Shown one piece after another: positions 10,243-19,920 of a DNA stretch of 64,000 bases (position 1 is its first letter; the number at the start of each line of letters is the position of its first letter). The position numbers and the translations under genes are program-made. Location of the stretch: NCBI GenBank assembly GCA_963789445.1, contig CAWBKS010000003.1, positions 102,402-166,401 on the forward strand, given 5' to 3'. The notes beneath the pieces were generated by a model. That model was not told the origin of the DNA. It did no database searches and saw only the letters and a program-made list of their open reading frames with translations. This DNA is from an uncultured Actinomycetes bacterium (GTDB lineage Bacteria > Actinomycetota > JAICYB01).

Positions 10243-10712
10243 GGTCTCACCTCCTCTGAGTCAAGGAGGAGCACCGCTGCCGTCGCGCAGCCAAGGCGGT
10301 CAACCTTGTGCTCGGCGGTGGCGAAGCGAACGTCCTCCAGCTTCCATCCACGACGTGCGAATCCTTCCTCGACCATCGATTGGCACACCCGTTCGGCGTC
10401 GTCCGCGGGCCCACTGTGGTGGTACTCCATCAGGACGCCGCCTTCCGAGCCCGTGCCGGCAGCGATGACGGCTGAGATCACCTCCCCGGGAACGTTGGAG
10501 GTGATCTGCGCATAAACCGTGGGAACGACCGTGCCGACCGGAAGCTCCGGCTTGGGCCCGAAACGGGCACCTTGTGGAACGATCGAAGACACGCGGATCA
10601 AGTTGAGGTTGTCGATACCCGCTTCGCGCAGGGCGTTATCGAAGGCCGTGAGCGGAGTCAGACCTTCCGAGCACCCCGAAGTGAGGTGAAGGAGGCTTGG
10701 GAGGAAAAGCAA
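10239..10712 (-). CDS. pdaD: Pyruvoyl-dependent arginine decarboxylase
   Basis: 157 aa. TSGCSEGLTPLTAFDNALREAGIDNLNLIRVSSIVP matches the PdaD self-cleavage region (Ser-Ser). The only in-frame start is TTG at 10712. Confidence 0.8.
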   Translation of the reverse strand: MLFLPSLLHLTSGCSEGLTPLTAFDNALREAGIDNLNLIRVSSIVPQGARFGPKPELPVGTVVPTVYAQITSNVPGEVISAVIAAGTGSEGGVLMEYHHSGPADDAERVCQSMVEEGFARRGWKLEDVRFATAEHKVDRLGCATAAVLLLDSEEVRP

Positions 10713-10724
10713 TCTAAATGGTCG

Positions 10725-10759
10725 TCCAAATCAAAAACCCACCCCCAGCAGTCGGTGGG
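10725..10759 (-). promoter_or_regulatory. Intrinsic-terminator-like hairpin plus U-run inside the 5' leader of the pdaD-speH-speE-speB operon (possible attenuator)
   Basis: Minus-strand reading: CCCACC-gacugcuggg-GGUGGG followed by UUUUUGAUUUGG. This ends ~13 nt before the pdaD TTG start. No upstream minus-strand gene exists to be terminated. Confidence 0.45.
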
Positions 10760-10991
10760 AGATGCTCCACCCCGCATTCAAGAGCGGGCCAACGCCGATG
10801 AGTATACGGAAGTCCGCGCGAGGTGTGAGCCCCGCCTCGGCTGCCGAATTCGCAGTGTGAACTCACCTGGCGGCGGACGATGCCCGAGCCGGTAAGGACT
10901 CCGAAGCGGCTACGCCGCATCGAAGCCCATGTCGCTTCGCTACCGCTCAGCGATAGGATTTCGTCCTCTTCATCTGCAAGGGAGGGTCCAA

Positions 10992-11234
10992 ATGGAAGTC
11001 ATCTTCGGAGTTCAGGCCAGGGACGGAGCCCTGCGCGTCGACATCCCCGACAAGGAGATAGACAAGCTCAAGGCACAGCTCGACGAGGCCTTCAGCGGCG
11101 ATCGCATCCAAAAGCTGCTCTGGGTCACCGATAAGGACGATCGGACCATCGGCATCCCGATCGACAAGCTTGCCTTCGTTGAGTTTGGCGGCGAGAAAGC
11201 CAGCCGCACCGTCGGGTTCTCTGCCGCGAGCTGA
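10992..11234 (+). CDS. DUF3107 family small protein
   Basis: MEVIFGVQARDGALRVDIPDK...GIPIDKLAFVEFGGEKASRTVGF matches the ~75-80 aa actinobacterial DUF3107 pattern (MEV.IGVQ...VEIG...VGF). Confidence 0.6.
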   Translation: MEVIFGVQARDGALRVDIPDKEIDKLKAQLDEAFSGDRIQKLLWVTDKDDRTIGIPIDKLAFVEFGGEKASRTVGFSAAS

Positions 11235-11244
11235 CGGGAGGATC

Positions 11245-12918
11245 ATGCGCGCCGCGGATGCGGTCCTGCGCTACATCGAAGGCGAAGGCGTGCGTTATGT
11301 CTTCGGGAACCCTGGCACGACCGAGGTTGGCTTCATGGACGCGATGGTGGACTCGTCCCTCGAGTTCGTCCTTTGCCTGCAAGAGAACGTCGCCGTTGCG
11401 GCCGCGGATGGCCTGGCCCAGGCCACACGGCAGCCTCAGGTCGTCAACCTCCACACCGGGCCCGGTGTCGCACAGGCGATGTCTTCGATCTACATGGCAA
11501 AGGCCCATCGCGCCCCCATCGTCATCACGGCAGGCAACGAGGACACCCGCTTCGCTCTGACCGAACCGTTACTGAGAGCAGAACTCATCGAGATGACGAA
11601 GCCCCTGGTGAAATGGGGCTACGAAACCACCTCGGTAGACGACGTGATCCCGAGCTTGCGCCGCGCGTTCAAGGTGGCGGCAACTCCGCCGACGGGGCCC
11701 GTTCTTCTCTCATGGCCGATGGACGTGCTCCAAAGGGAGGTCTCAGACGACATCGACCTCCGTCCGGCCGACATACCGGCATCGCCGGCCCCCGATCCGA
11801 CGGCGATCGAAAGGATCGCCGAGTTGATCGGCGCGGCAGAAAGCCCATGCTTCATCGCCGGCGACGACGTGGGACGGCGGCGAGCCGAGGGTCCACTGAC
11901 CGAACTCGCCGAAGTCGTGGGAGCCAAGGTTTTCACGGCTCCACTGGCGATGCAGCAGAACTTCCCGAATACCCACCCTCTGTCGGCCGGAGGTGTGCCG
12001 CCGTTCCCAAACGTGGCACGTGCTTTCCTCGCCAACCACGACGTGATCGTCGTGATCGGAGCGCGGGCGTTCTTCCTGTACTACTACCAGGAGAACGATC
12101 CGATGCCACCGGAAGCAAAGCTCATCCACGCGCATCCCGACCCGTGGGAGATCGGCAAGAACTATCCGACCGAGGTAGGGGTCGTCGCGACCGCCGACCA
12201 TTTCATCGACGCACTTCGTGATGCGATTGCCGAGTGGCCCACCGACGTTGCCGCGCTCTCGGCCGAGCGCAGCACGAGATTGATGGCCGAAGGCGAAGGG
12301 GCCCGGAGCAACACCGCCGTGTGGGCCGCCTCCGAGAAGGAGAAGATCCCGCTCACTTCCGTCGGGATCATGGCGACCGTCCTCGACCATCTTGGGGACG
12401 CACCCGTCTCATTCGTGGACGAATCCGTTACGAACTCGCTCGGCACCCGCGCGGTTCCCGCGCTGGCGGATTCCGATAGCGCCTTCGGACACAAAGGCGG
12501 CGCGCTCGGCTGGGGCGTCGGCGCGGCGATCGGTGTTTCGCTCGCCTTCCCCGATAGGCGCATCGTGTGCACTCTGGGCGACGGCGCGATCATGTACTGC
12601 CCACAGGCGATGTACACGGCGGCGCGTCAGAAGCTGCCGATCCTCTACATCGTCATGAATAACGGCGGCTACGCGATCATCAAGTCGGGAACGCGCGCTC
12701 AGAAGCAACGCGCATACGAGACCGACACCTACGTCGGGATGGACATCACCAACCCCGAGGTCGACTTCGTCTCGCTCGCCCGCGGTCTCGGTCTCGGCGC
12801 GGCCGTCGCGGCGAATCCCGAGGAGCTGAACACGGCGGTCAAGAACGCGCTTTCGCACGACGGACCGTTCCTGATCGACTGCAAGCTCGACCGGGCGATC
12901 CCGGATCTGCCCTTCTAG
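11245..12918 (+). CDS. Thiamine-pyrophosphate-dependent enzyme (acetolactate synthase large subunit / benzoylformate decarboxylase family)
   Basis: 557 aa with TPP N-terminal, central and C-terminal domains (GDGA..., NNGGY). ATG at 11245 is preceded by GGGAGG. Confidence 0.8.
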   Translation: MRAADAVLRYIEGEGVRYVFGNPGTTEVGFMDAMVDSSLEFVLCLQENVAVAAADGLAQATRQPQVVNLHTGPGVAQAMSSIYMAKAHRAPIVITAGNEDTRFALTEPLLRAELIEMTKPLVKWGYETTSVDDVIPSLRRAFKVAATPPTGPVLLSWPMDVLQREVSDDIDLRPADIPASPAPDPTAIERIAELIGAAESPCFIAGDDVGRRRAEGPLTELAEVVGAKVFTAPLAMQQNFPNTHPLSAGGVPPFPNVARAFLANHDVIVVIGARAFFLYYYQENDPMPPEAKLIHAHPDPWEIGKNYPTEVGVVATADHFIDALRDAIAEWPTDVAALSAERSTRLMAEGEGARSNTAVWAASEKEKIPLTSVGIMATVLDHLGDAPVSFVDESVTNSLGTRAVPALADSDSAFGHKGGALGWGVGAAIGVSLAFPDRRIVCTLGDGAIMYCPQAMYTAARQKLPILYIVMNNGGYAIIKSGTRAQKQRAYETDTYVGMDITNPEVDFVSLARGLGLGAAVAANPEELNTAVKNALSHDGPFLIDCKLDRAIPDLPF

Positions 12919-15042
12919 ACCTCGGCGTCCTCGATCACGGGCGCAGCGAACTGCGCGTTGTACAGCCTGGCGTACGCACCGCGCTTCGCGAGCAGATCGG
13001 AGTGATGTCCCTGCTCGACGATGTTTCCGTCCTCCATCACGAGGATGACGTCGGCGTTACGGATCGTCGAGAGCCGGTGCGCGATAACGAAACTCGTGCG
13101 CTGCGACCGGATTGCCGCCATCGCTTCCTGGAGGAGGACCTCCGTCCGCGTGTCGACGGAACTCGTCGCCTCGTCCAGGATCAGGATCGTCGGGTCCGAA
13201 AGGAAGGCGCGCGCGATCGTCAGCAACTGCTTCTCGCCGGTGCTGATCGCACCGCTCTCGTCGTCGACGATCGTGTCGTAGCCGTCCGGCAGCGCGTGGA
13301 CGAATCGGTCGACATAGGTCGCGCGCGCGGCGGCAAGGATCTGCTCTTCGGTCGCGTCCGGATTGCCGTATGCGATGTTCTCCCGGATGGTGCCTTCGAA
13401 CATCCACGTGTCCTGCAAGACCATGCCGATGTTCGACCGGAGCTTCGCCCTCGGCATCTTCGCGATGTCTTCGTCCGTCGAGGGTGATCTTGCCGCCGTC
13501 GAGCTCGTAGAACCGCATAATCAGGTTCACGAGCGTCGTCTTGCCGGCACCCGTCGGCCCGACGATGGCCACCGTCCGTCCGGGCTCGGCGACAAGGGAC
13601 AAGTCGGTGATCAGCGGACGGTCGGGGTCGTACGAGAAGGAAACATGCTCGAATTCGACGCGTCCGCGCAGCGGCGCGGCCTGTGACGCCGCGAACTCGG
13701 TCGCTTCTTTCTTCGTTCGGAAGCCGGACTTCGTCCGCCGACGTCGGCGACCGTTCTCGGCAATCTCCCAGCGCGCCGTCCACTGCTTCGAGTTCTTCGG
13801 CCGATATGCGTTTCCGTTGGACGCTGCGCCGTTCCCGTTCCCGTACCACTTGGCGGGATCCGGCGACTGCTCGTCGGCATCGAGGAGGTGGAAGACGCGC
13901 TCGGCCGACGCGAGTCCCGACTGGAACAGGTTCGCCATCGATGCGAGCTGCTGCATCGGCTGCGAGAACTGCCGGGAGTACTGGATGAACGCCTGGATGC
14001 CGCCGATCGTCATCGCCCGTGATGCGACCCGCAGGCCGCCGATGACGGCGATGGCGACGAAGTTCAGGTTGCCCAGGAAGATCATGGCCGGCTGGATCGT
14101 GCCGGAGATGAACTGCGCTCCGAAGCTGGCCTCGTAGAGATCTTCGTTGGTCTCCCGGAACACCTCTTCGACGTCGCGCTGACGTCCGAACGTCTTCACG
14201 ATCGCGTGGCCGGTCAGTGACTCCTCGACGAGCGCGTTTAGCTTGCCGGTATGTCCCCACTGCGCGATGAATCGACCGCGCGACCGTTTGGCGATGAAGC
14301 GAATGATGAACGTCGACAACGGCAGCGTCACGAGCGCGATGATGGCCAGGATCGGCGAGATGAGCAGCATCATGATGCTCGTCCCGAGCAGCATGAACAC
14401 GCTCATCATCAACTGACTGATCGTCTGCTGAAGGCTCTGCGCGAGGTTGTCGATGTCGTTCGTCACGCGGCTGAGTAGGTCGCCTCGCGCCGCGCGGTCC
14501 ACGTAGGACAGCGGGAGCCTGTTGAGCTTGTCCTCGACATCCGAGCGCAGCCGGTACATCGTCCGCTGCACCATGCCGGCGAGGATGAAGGCCTGCAGGT
14601 ACTGGAACGACGCCGAGCAGAGGTACAGCGCGACCACTCCGAGGAGGATCCGGTGCAGAGCCGGGAAGTCGATCCCGCCGGAGCCCGGCAGCAACCCTCT
14701 GATCAGCTGGTCGGTGGCGCGTCCGAGCAATCGGGGGCCGAGCACCGAGAGGGTCACGCCGGTGATCGAGAATGTGATGACGGCGATCAGCCGGAAGCGC
14801 TCCGGCCGCAACCGTTCCCACAACCGGCGGGTCGCGCTGCCGAAGTCGCTCGGTCGCTCGAGCGGCATCCCGGCCGAGCCCCATCGCCCCATCGGCCCGC
14901 CGGTGATCGGCGGTGGCTTCGGCTGTGCTTGCTCATCGTCTTCTTCCGGCGGTGCCGGCGGCGGACGTCTCTGATCGACCGTCATTTGATCGGGGGCGCG
15001 GCGACCCCCGAGCCCGCCGCGCTTCGTATGAGCCACGCTCAT
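12915..15042 (-). pseudogene. ABC exporter fused permease/ATPase (heterodimer partner), with one frameshift and an unusual 60-aa linker insertion
   Basis: TMD followed by NBD (Walker A GPTGAGKTT, then LSTGEKQ signature and Walker B ILILDEAT in the downstream ORF). The reading frame breaks around 13440-13460 (extra A in cgaAgac); ORF 12915-13457 carries the rest of the NBD. The start ATG at 15042 overlaps the upstream gene stop (ATGA). Confidence 0.75.
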
Positions 15043-16772
15043 ACGCCGACCTTTTGCTGAGCGGCCTGCGAAGCGACGATCTCCGCGTAGGTCGGGCAGG
15101 ACTTCAGGAGTTCGCGATGCGTTCCGAGACCGACCGCTGCGCCTTCTTCGAGCACGAGGATCTGATCCGCATTCTTGATCGTCGACACACGCTGCGCGAC
15201 GACAACCACCGTCGCTTTGCGCGTGTGCGGTGCGAGGGCTGCACGCAACCGGGCGTCCGTCGCGAGGTCGAGCGCGGAGAACGAATCGTCGAACAGGTAC
15301 ACATCCGGACGTCGGACGAGCGCTCGCGCGATCGCCAGCCGCTGACGCTGGCCGCCGGACACGTTCGACCCGCCTTGCGCAATCGATGCGTCGAGTCCGC
15401 CCATCGCCTTCACGAAGTCCTTCGCCTGCGCGATCTCGAGCGCCGTCCAGACCTCCTTGTCGGTCGCGTCCGGCTTGCCGTACCGGACGTTGCTCGCCAC
15501 GGTGCCGGCGAAGAGATACGCCTTCTGCGGGACGAGGCCGATGCGATGCCACAGCACGTCCGGATCGAGCTTCCGGACGTCGACACCACCCACCAGGACC
15601 GCTCCTTCGGTTACGTCTACGAGGCGCGAGATGACGTTGATCAGGCTTGTCTTGCCCGAGCCCGTGGACCCGATGACGGCCGTCGTTTGGCCGGGGAGCG
15701 CGCGGAACGAGATCCCGTGGAGCACGGGCGCTTCGGCCCCCGGATAGCCGAACGCGACATCACGCAACTCGAGCGTCCCGCGCTTCTGCATCTTGCGTAC
15801 CGGCCGTTTTGGCTCTTCGACCGATGGCTCGGTCTCGAGGACCTCCTGGATCCGCTCGGCGCTGACGGCCGCGCGCGGCGCCATCACGGCGACGAACGTC
15901 GACATCACGACCGCTGTGAGGATCAGCGTGAAGTACGTGAGGAACGAGATCAGGTCGCCGACCGTCATGCTCGCGTCCGCGATCTTGTTGGCGCCGAACC
16001 AGATGACGGCGGAGTTGCTGACGTTGATGAACAACATGATGATCGGGAACATCCCGGCCATCAGCCGACCGGCCACAAGCGACGTGTGTGTGAGCTCGTC
16101 GTTCACGTCCTGGAACCGCTCCGTCTCGACCGGCTCGCGGACGAAGGCCCGGACGACGCGCATGCCGACGATCTGCTCGCGCAGGACGAGGTTCGTCTTG
16201 TCCAGGCGCTCCTGCATCATTCGGAACTGCGGAACCATCCGGCTCATCAACAGGCCGAAGGCGAGGAGGAGCAGCGGCATGCTCGCACCGAGCAGCCATG
16301 CCATCCCCGCGTTCTGATGCAAGGCCAGGATCACGCCGCCGACGATCGTTATGGGCGCGGCGAGCAGCATGTTGCAGCCCATCACGACGAGCATCTGCAC
16401 CTGCTGCACATCGTTCGTCACGCGGGTGATGAGCGAGGCCGGACCGAAGTGGTTCACCTCGCGGCTCGAGTAAGAGAGCGAGCGATGGAACAGATTCGAG
16501 CGGACGTCGCGTCCGAAACCCGATGCGACGCGGGCGCCGAGATAGAACGCGGCCACCGCGAACACAGCCTGGACGATCGTGACCCCCAGCATCACCCCGC
16601 CGAGCTTCCAGATGTAGCCGGTGTTTCCGCGAAGGACACCCTTGTCGATGATGCTGGCGTTGAGGTTCGGCAGATAGAGGTTCGCGAGTGCCTGGATCGC
16701 CTGGAGGCCGAGCAGCACGAGCAAGACCGGCTTGTAGGCGCGCAGATGGGTGCGCAGGAGCCGGATCAGCAT
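15039..16772 (-). CDS. ABC exporter fused permease/ATP-binding protein
   Basis: 577 aa with a six-helix TMD and an NBD (GSTGSGKTS, LSGGQRQR, LFDDSFSALD). Confidence 0.85.
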   Translation of the reverse strand: MLIRLLRTHLRAYKPVLLVLLGLQAIQALANLYLPNLNASIIDKGVLRGNTGYIWKLGGVMLGVTIVQAVFAVAAFYLGARVASGFGRDVRSNLFHRSLSYSSREVNHFGPASLITRVTNDVQQVQMLVVMGCNMLLAAPITIVGGVILALHQNAGMAWLLGASMPLLLLAFGLLMSRMVPQFRMMQERLDKTNLVLREQIVGMRVVRAFVREPVETERFQDVNDELTHTSLVAGRLMAGMFPIIMLFINVSNSAVIWFGANKIADASMTVGDLISFLTYFTLILTAVVMSTFVAVMAPRAAVSAERIQEVLETEPSVEEPKRPVRKMQKRGTLELRDVAFGYPGAEAPVLHGISFRALPGQTTAVIGSTGSGKTSLINVISRLVDVTEGAVLVGGVDVRKLDPDVLWHRIGLVPQKAYLFAGTVASNVRYGKPDATDKEVWTALEIAQAKDFVKAMGGLDASIAQGGSNVSGGQRQRLAIARALVRRPDVYLFDDSFSALDLATDARLRAALAPHTRKATVVVVAQRVSTIKNADQILVLEEGAAVGLGTHRELLKSCPTYAEIVASQAAQQKVGV

Positions 16773-16801
16773 CCAGCCACTCTAATGTGACAGCTGGACT
16801 G

Positions 16802-17641
16802 TCAGGTGGCCGCCGACGCCGCTTCCAGCGCCGCGAGTGCGTCCGCGCTGGTCGTGCAGTTGCCGATGCGGTGCCCGGGTTCGCCGTGGAAGTCGGAGCC
16901 TCCGGTCCCGATGAGGTTGAGCGTTGCGGCCAGGGTGGCGAGCTCGTCGCGTATCGCTCGCGGATGGTCCGGGTGGTCGACCTCGATCCCCTGCAGGCCT
17001 TTCTCTTTCAGCGCCTCGATCAGGGCGACGGGCACCGATCGCTCCGGCCCCTCGTGGTGTCCGACGGCCGGATGCGCCATCACCGGGACACCACCGGCTC
17101 GGCGGATCAGCTCGATTCCTTCGCCCGGTGTGGGTGAGCGCTTCGTGACATCGGCTCTTCCCCCGTCACCGATCAGTTCGGGCGTAAACGCGTCGCGCAC
17201 GTCGTCGATGTATCCGCGAGTGACCATCGCCCGCGCGATATGCGGCCGGGCGAAGATCTCGCCCCTTGAATGCACCCTGACTTCGCCGAACGTCAGGTCG
17301 TATCCGAGCTCGTTCAGGCGCTCAACGATCCGTCGCGCTCGCGTAACGCGCTCGGCCTTGAGCTTCACCAGTTCCTCGCGAAGCGGCGGGTAGTTGAGAT
17401 CGATGAAGTAGCCGAGCATGTGCACGCTCCGGTGCTCGTAACACGACAACTCGATCCCCGGGACGACGCGAACGCCGTTGACCTGTCCGCTACGGATGCA
17501 CTCCTCGATCGCATCGACCGTGTCGTGATCTGTCACGGCGATAACGTCCGCGCCGTCGGCTTTCGCCCGCTCAACAAGATCAACCGGAGAAAGGGTTCCG
17601 TCCGACGCGCTCGTGTGGCAATGCAGGTCGATCACGGGCAC
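16802..17641 (-). CDS. PHP-domain metal-dependent phosphoesterase (TrpH/YciV-like)
   Basis: MPVIDLHCHTSASDG ... AHP ... GGSDFHG motifs. Confidence 0.8.
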   Translation of the reverse strand: MPVIDLHCHTSASDGTLSPVDLVERAKADGADVIAVTDHDTVDAIEECIRSGQVNGVRVVPGIELSCYEHRSVHMLGYFIDLNYPPLREELVKLKAERVTRARRIVERLNELGYDLTFGEVRVHSRGEIFARPHIARAMVTRGYIDDVRDAFTPELIGDGGRADVTKRSPTPGEGIELIRRAGGVPVMAHPAVGHHEGPERSVPVALIEALKEKGLQGIEVDHPDHPRAIRDELATLAATLNLIGTGGSDFHGEPGHRIGNCTTSADALAALEAASAAT

Positions 17642-17711
17642 GGGCTACTCTAGGCGCCCGCATTAGAGGCCATCGCTGAGGCGCTGGCTGCCGAAGCGAG
17701 AAGGAGGGCGC

Positions 17712-17927
17712 ATGACGGTCACCAAGACCTTGGATCTTTCCGGCACTTCGACAGAGTCGCTCGAATCTGCCATCCAGGAGGCGGTCAGCCGGGCGGCACT
17801 CACGATCTCGGACGTAACCGAGTTCGAGATCAGCCGCGTCACCGGAAGCGTCAAAGATGGGCAGGTTGATGAGTACCGCGTTTGGCTGAAGGTGACATTC
17901 ATCGTCAAGGAGAAGCTGCACGAGTAG
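17712..17927 (+). CDS. Dodecin family flavin-binding protein
   Basis: 71 aa. Size and pattern (…ESLESAIQEAVSRAALTISDVTEFEI…VWLKVTF) match dodecin. An RBS (AGGAGGG) lies upstream. Confidence 0.7.
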   Translation: MTVTKTLDLSGTSTESLESAIQEAVSRAALTISDVTEFEISRVTGSVKDGQVDEYRVWLKVTFIVKEKLHE

Positions 17928-17931
17928 CTCC

Positions 17932-18951
17932 GTGAGCCGGTCCGAACCACGCCCCCCGCACTTTGCGATGCCCTTTCCGGGTATCTCTCGAATCACGTGT
18001 CCGACGCCGTTCTCCGGCCTCCCCCACGTGCACATCTATGTGGCTGAAGGTCCGCAGGGAGGCCTCGTCCTGTTCGACACCGCGATGCCCTACGAGGACT
18101 CCTTCGATCGAATCGTCTCCTCGCTTGAGTGGTTGGGCCGCAAGCTCACCGACATCGAAGCGATCTACTTGACCCACGCTCATCCGGATCACTTCGGCAA
18201 CGCCGGCGCGCTACAAGAGGCATCGGGCATGGCACCCGTCATCTGCCATCCCTTTGCCAAACGTGCTCTCGAGGCGATGTCCAACCCCGATCCCGATCGG
18301 TTCCGGACACGCATGTCCGTCTACGAAGAGTTCGGCCGGACGGTCGACGAGTTCGCCGCGGTCGAGCGTGCAGGCGCGGCGAGCTTCTTCGGTCAGATGA
18401 AGTTCCCAACGAAGATGACCACGATCGACGAAGGCGATGTTGTCACCTTCGCTCGCAGCGATTGGGACATCTATTGGACGCCCGGACACGAAGAAGGCCA
18501 CGTCGTCTTCCATCGGCGTTCCGACGGCGTGATCATCGTGGGCGACACGGTTCTGTGGAAGATCACGCCGCACATCGGCTGGATGCTGGAGCCTCCGGAT
18601 CCTCTGGCGCAGTTCCTCGATTCGCTCGAAAAGGTTGCGAAGCTATCGCCGTCGCTCGTATTACCCGGACACGGACGTCCCTTCGAAGACGGAGCGAGCC
18701 GCGCGCGCGCGATCGCTGCCCATCACAGACAGAGGCTTCGCCGGTGCATGGAGATCTTGATGCACAGAGGGCCGTTGCCGGCGATGGATGTTGCTCGCGA
18801 CCTCTTCGATCGCGAACTGATGTCCTTCGAGGAAAGACTCGCGTTAGCCGAGACGCTTTCGCATCTGGAAAACCTGCGTCTCCGCGGACGCATACACAGA
18901 GAGATGCACGACGGTATTTGGTTTTACGAGATGCCTACACTTGTTCCATGA
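17932..18951 (+). CDS. MBL-fold metallo-hydrolase
   Basis: THAHPDHFG motif and downstream His/Asp ligands. Confidence 0.8.
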   Translation: MSRSEPRPPHFAMPFPGISRITCPTPFSGLPHVHIYVAEGPQGGLVLFDTAMPYEDSFDRIVSSLEWLGRKLTDIEAIYLTHAHPDHFGNAGALQEASGMAPVICHPFAKRALEAMSNPDPDRFRTRMSVYEEFGRTVDEFAAVERAGAASFFGQMKFPTKMTTIDEGDVVTFARSDWDIYWTPGHEEGHVVFHRRSDGVIIVGDTVLWKITPHIGWMLEPPDPLAQFLDSLEKVAKLSPSLVLPGHGRPFEDGASRARAIAAHHRQRLRRCMEILMHRGPLPAMDVARDLFDRELMSFEERLALAETLSHLENLRLRGRIHREMHDGIWFYEMPTLVP

Positions 18952-19738
18952 CGGGGACGATGGGGGCACCGGCCTCGACGCGACGTTGACGACGATCCAT
19001 CCGACCGCGGCGCATGGTTTCGTCCGCGCGGATGTGTACGAGCGCGGCCGGCCCGAGTATCCGGTTCAGACGATCGATCCCCTGCGTCTACGTGCCGGTG
19101 ACACCGTCGTCGATCTTGGTTGTGGCACGGGGAAACTCACGAGGCTACTTGCGACAACAGGAGCGTTCGTGGTTGGTATCGAGCCGTTGCCGACGATGCT
19201 CGATGCGTTCCGCGAGGAAACACCGGGCGTTCCGGCGATGCCCGGAGTAGCCGAGGCCATCCCGCTTCGATCGGAGGCGGCCGACGTAGTGGTCTGTGCC
19301 TCGGCCTTCCACTGGTTCCACTACGACAGGGCGCTCAGAGAAATACATCGCGTGTTGCGACCGGGCGGCCGCCTGGGCCTCGTCTGGAATCGCCGTGATG
19401 AGCTTTCCGGCTGGGCGGCTGGGTTCTGGTCCATCACGGAGGCCTATCGCGGGGACACGCCCGGCTATCGAACCGGCATGTGGCGCGACGCCATCGAGGG
19501 CTCCCGGTTGTTCGGCCCGATCTCCGAGCACTGGTTCGACAACACCCAGCAGATGGACCTCGAGGGGATGATCGCGCGCGTAGAGTCGACCTCGTTCATA
19601 GAGACTTTGCCCCCGGACGAGCACGATCTGGTCCTGGAGGACTGCCGGCTTTTCCTCAAGTGGCATCCCGAGACTCGCGGACGCGACGTCTTCGACCTGC
19701 CGTATCGCACCGTCATGTACGTGTGCGAACGCACCTGA
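18941..19738 (+). CDS. Class I SAM-dependent methyltransferase
   Basis: VVDLGCGTGKLT motif I and LRPGGRL motif. Confidence 0.8.
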   Translation: MFHDGDDGGTGLDATLTTIHPTAAHGFVRADVYERGRPEYPVQTIDPLRLRAGDTVVDLGCGTGKLTRLLATTGAFVVGIEPLPTMLDAFREETPGVPAMPGVAEAIPLRSEAADVVVCASAFHWFHYDRALREIHRVLRPGGRLGLVWNRRDELSGWAAGFWSITEAYRGDTPGYRTGMWRDAIEGSRLFGPISEHWFDNTQQMDLEGMIARVESTSFIETLPPDEHDLVLEDCRLFLKWHPETRGRDVFDLPYRTVMYVCERT

Positions 19739-19764
19739 CTCACGCCCCGCATAGACTTCGCCCG

Positions 19765-19920
19765 ATGAGGGAAGCGATCAGCGCCTTGGAATCGGCTCTG
19801 CGCGAGCTGACTCAAGCCAAGGACACAGTGCCGCCCGAGCTCGCAGAAGAGGTCGAACGCCTGCTCGAGAAGACGCGGACATTGATCGACTCGTTGTCTA
19901 GATCGTCGGCGCCGGACTAG
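19765..19920 (+). CDS. Small hypothetical coiled-coil protein (51 aa)
   Basis: ATG-initiated ORF MREAISALESALRELTQAKDTVPPELAEEVERLLEKTRTLIDSLSRSSAPD in the convergent gap. It is too short for the ORF track. Evidence is only that it is an ORF with helical character. Confidence 0.2.
   Translation: MREAISALESALRELTQAKDTVPPELAEEVERLLEKTRTLIDSLSRSSAPD

Noticed and set aside
10714-10920. 68-aa ORF in the pdaD leader as a conventional protein gene
   Set aside because: There is no recognisable family and it runs through the terminator-like hairpin. It is kept only as a possible leader peptide or uORF within the attenuator finding.
13220-14884. 554-aa minus-strand ORF in an alternative frame of the ABC transporter gene
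   Set aside because: Same strand but out of frame with a well-supported ABC exporter. The translation is Arg/Pro-rich nonsense with no motifs.
14913-16790. 625-aa plus-strand ORF
   Set aside because: Antisense to the two ABC exporter genes. Low-complexity Arg/Asp/His-rich product. It is an artefact of high GC.
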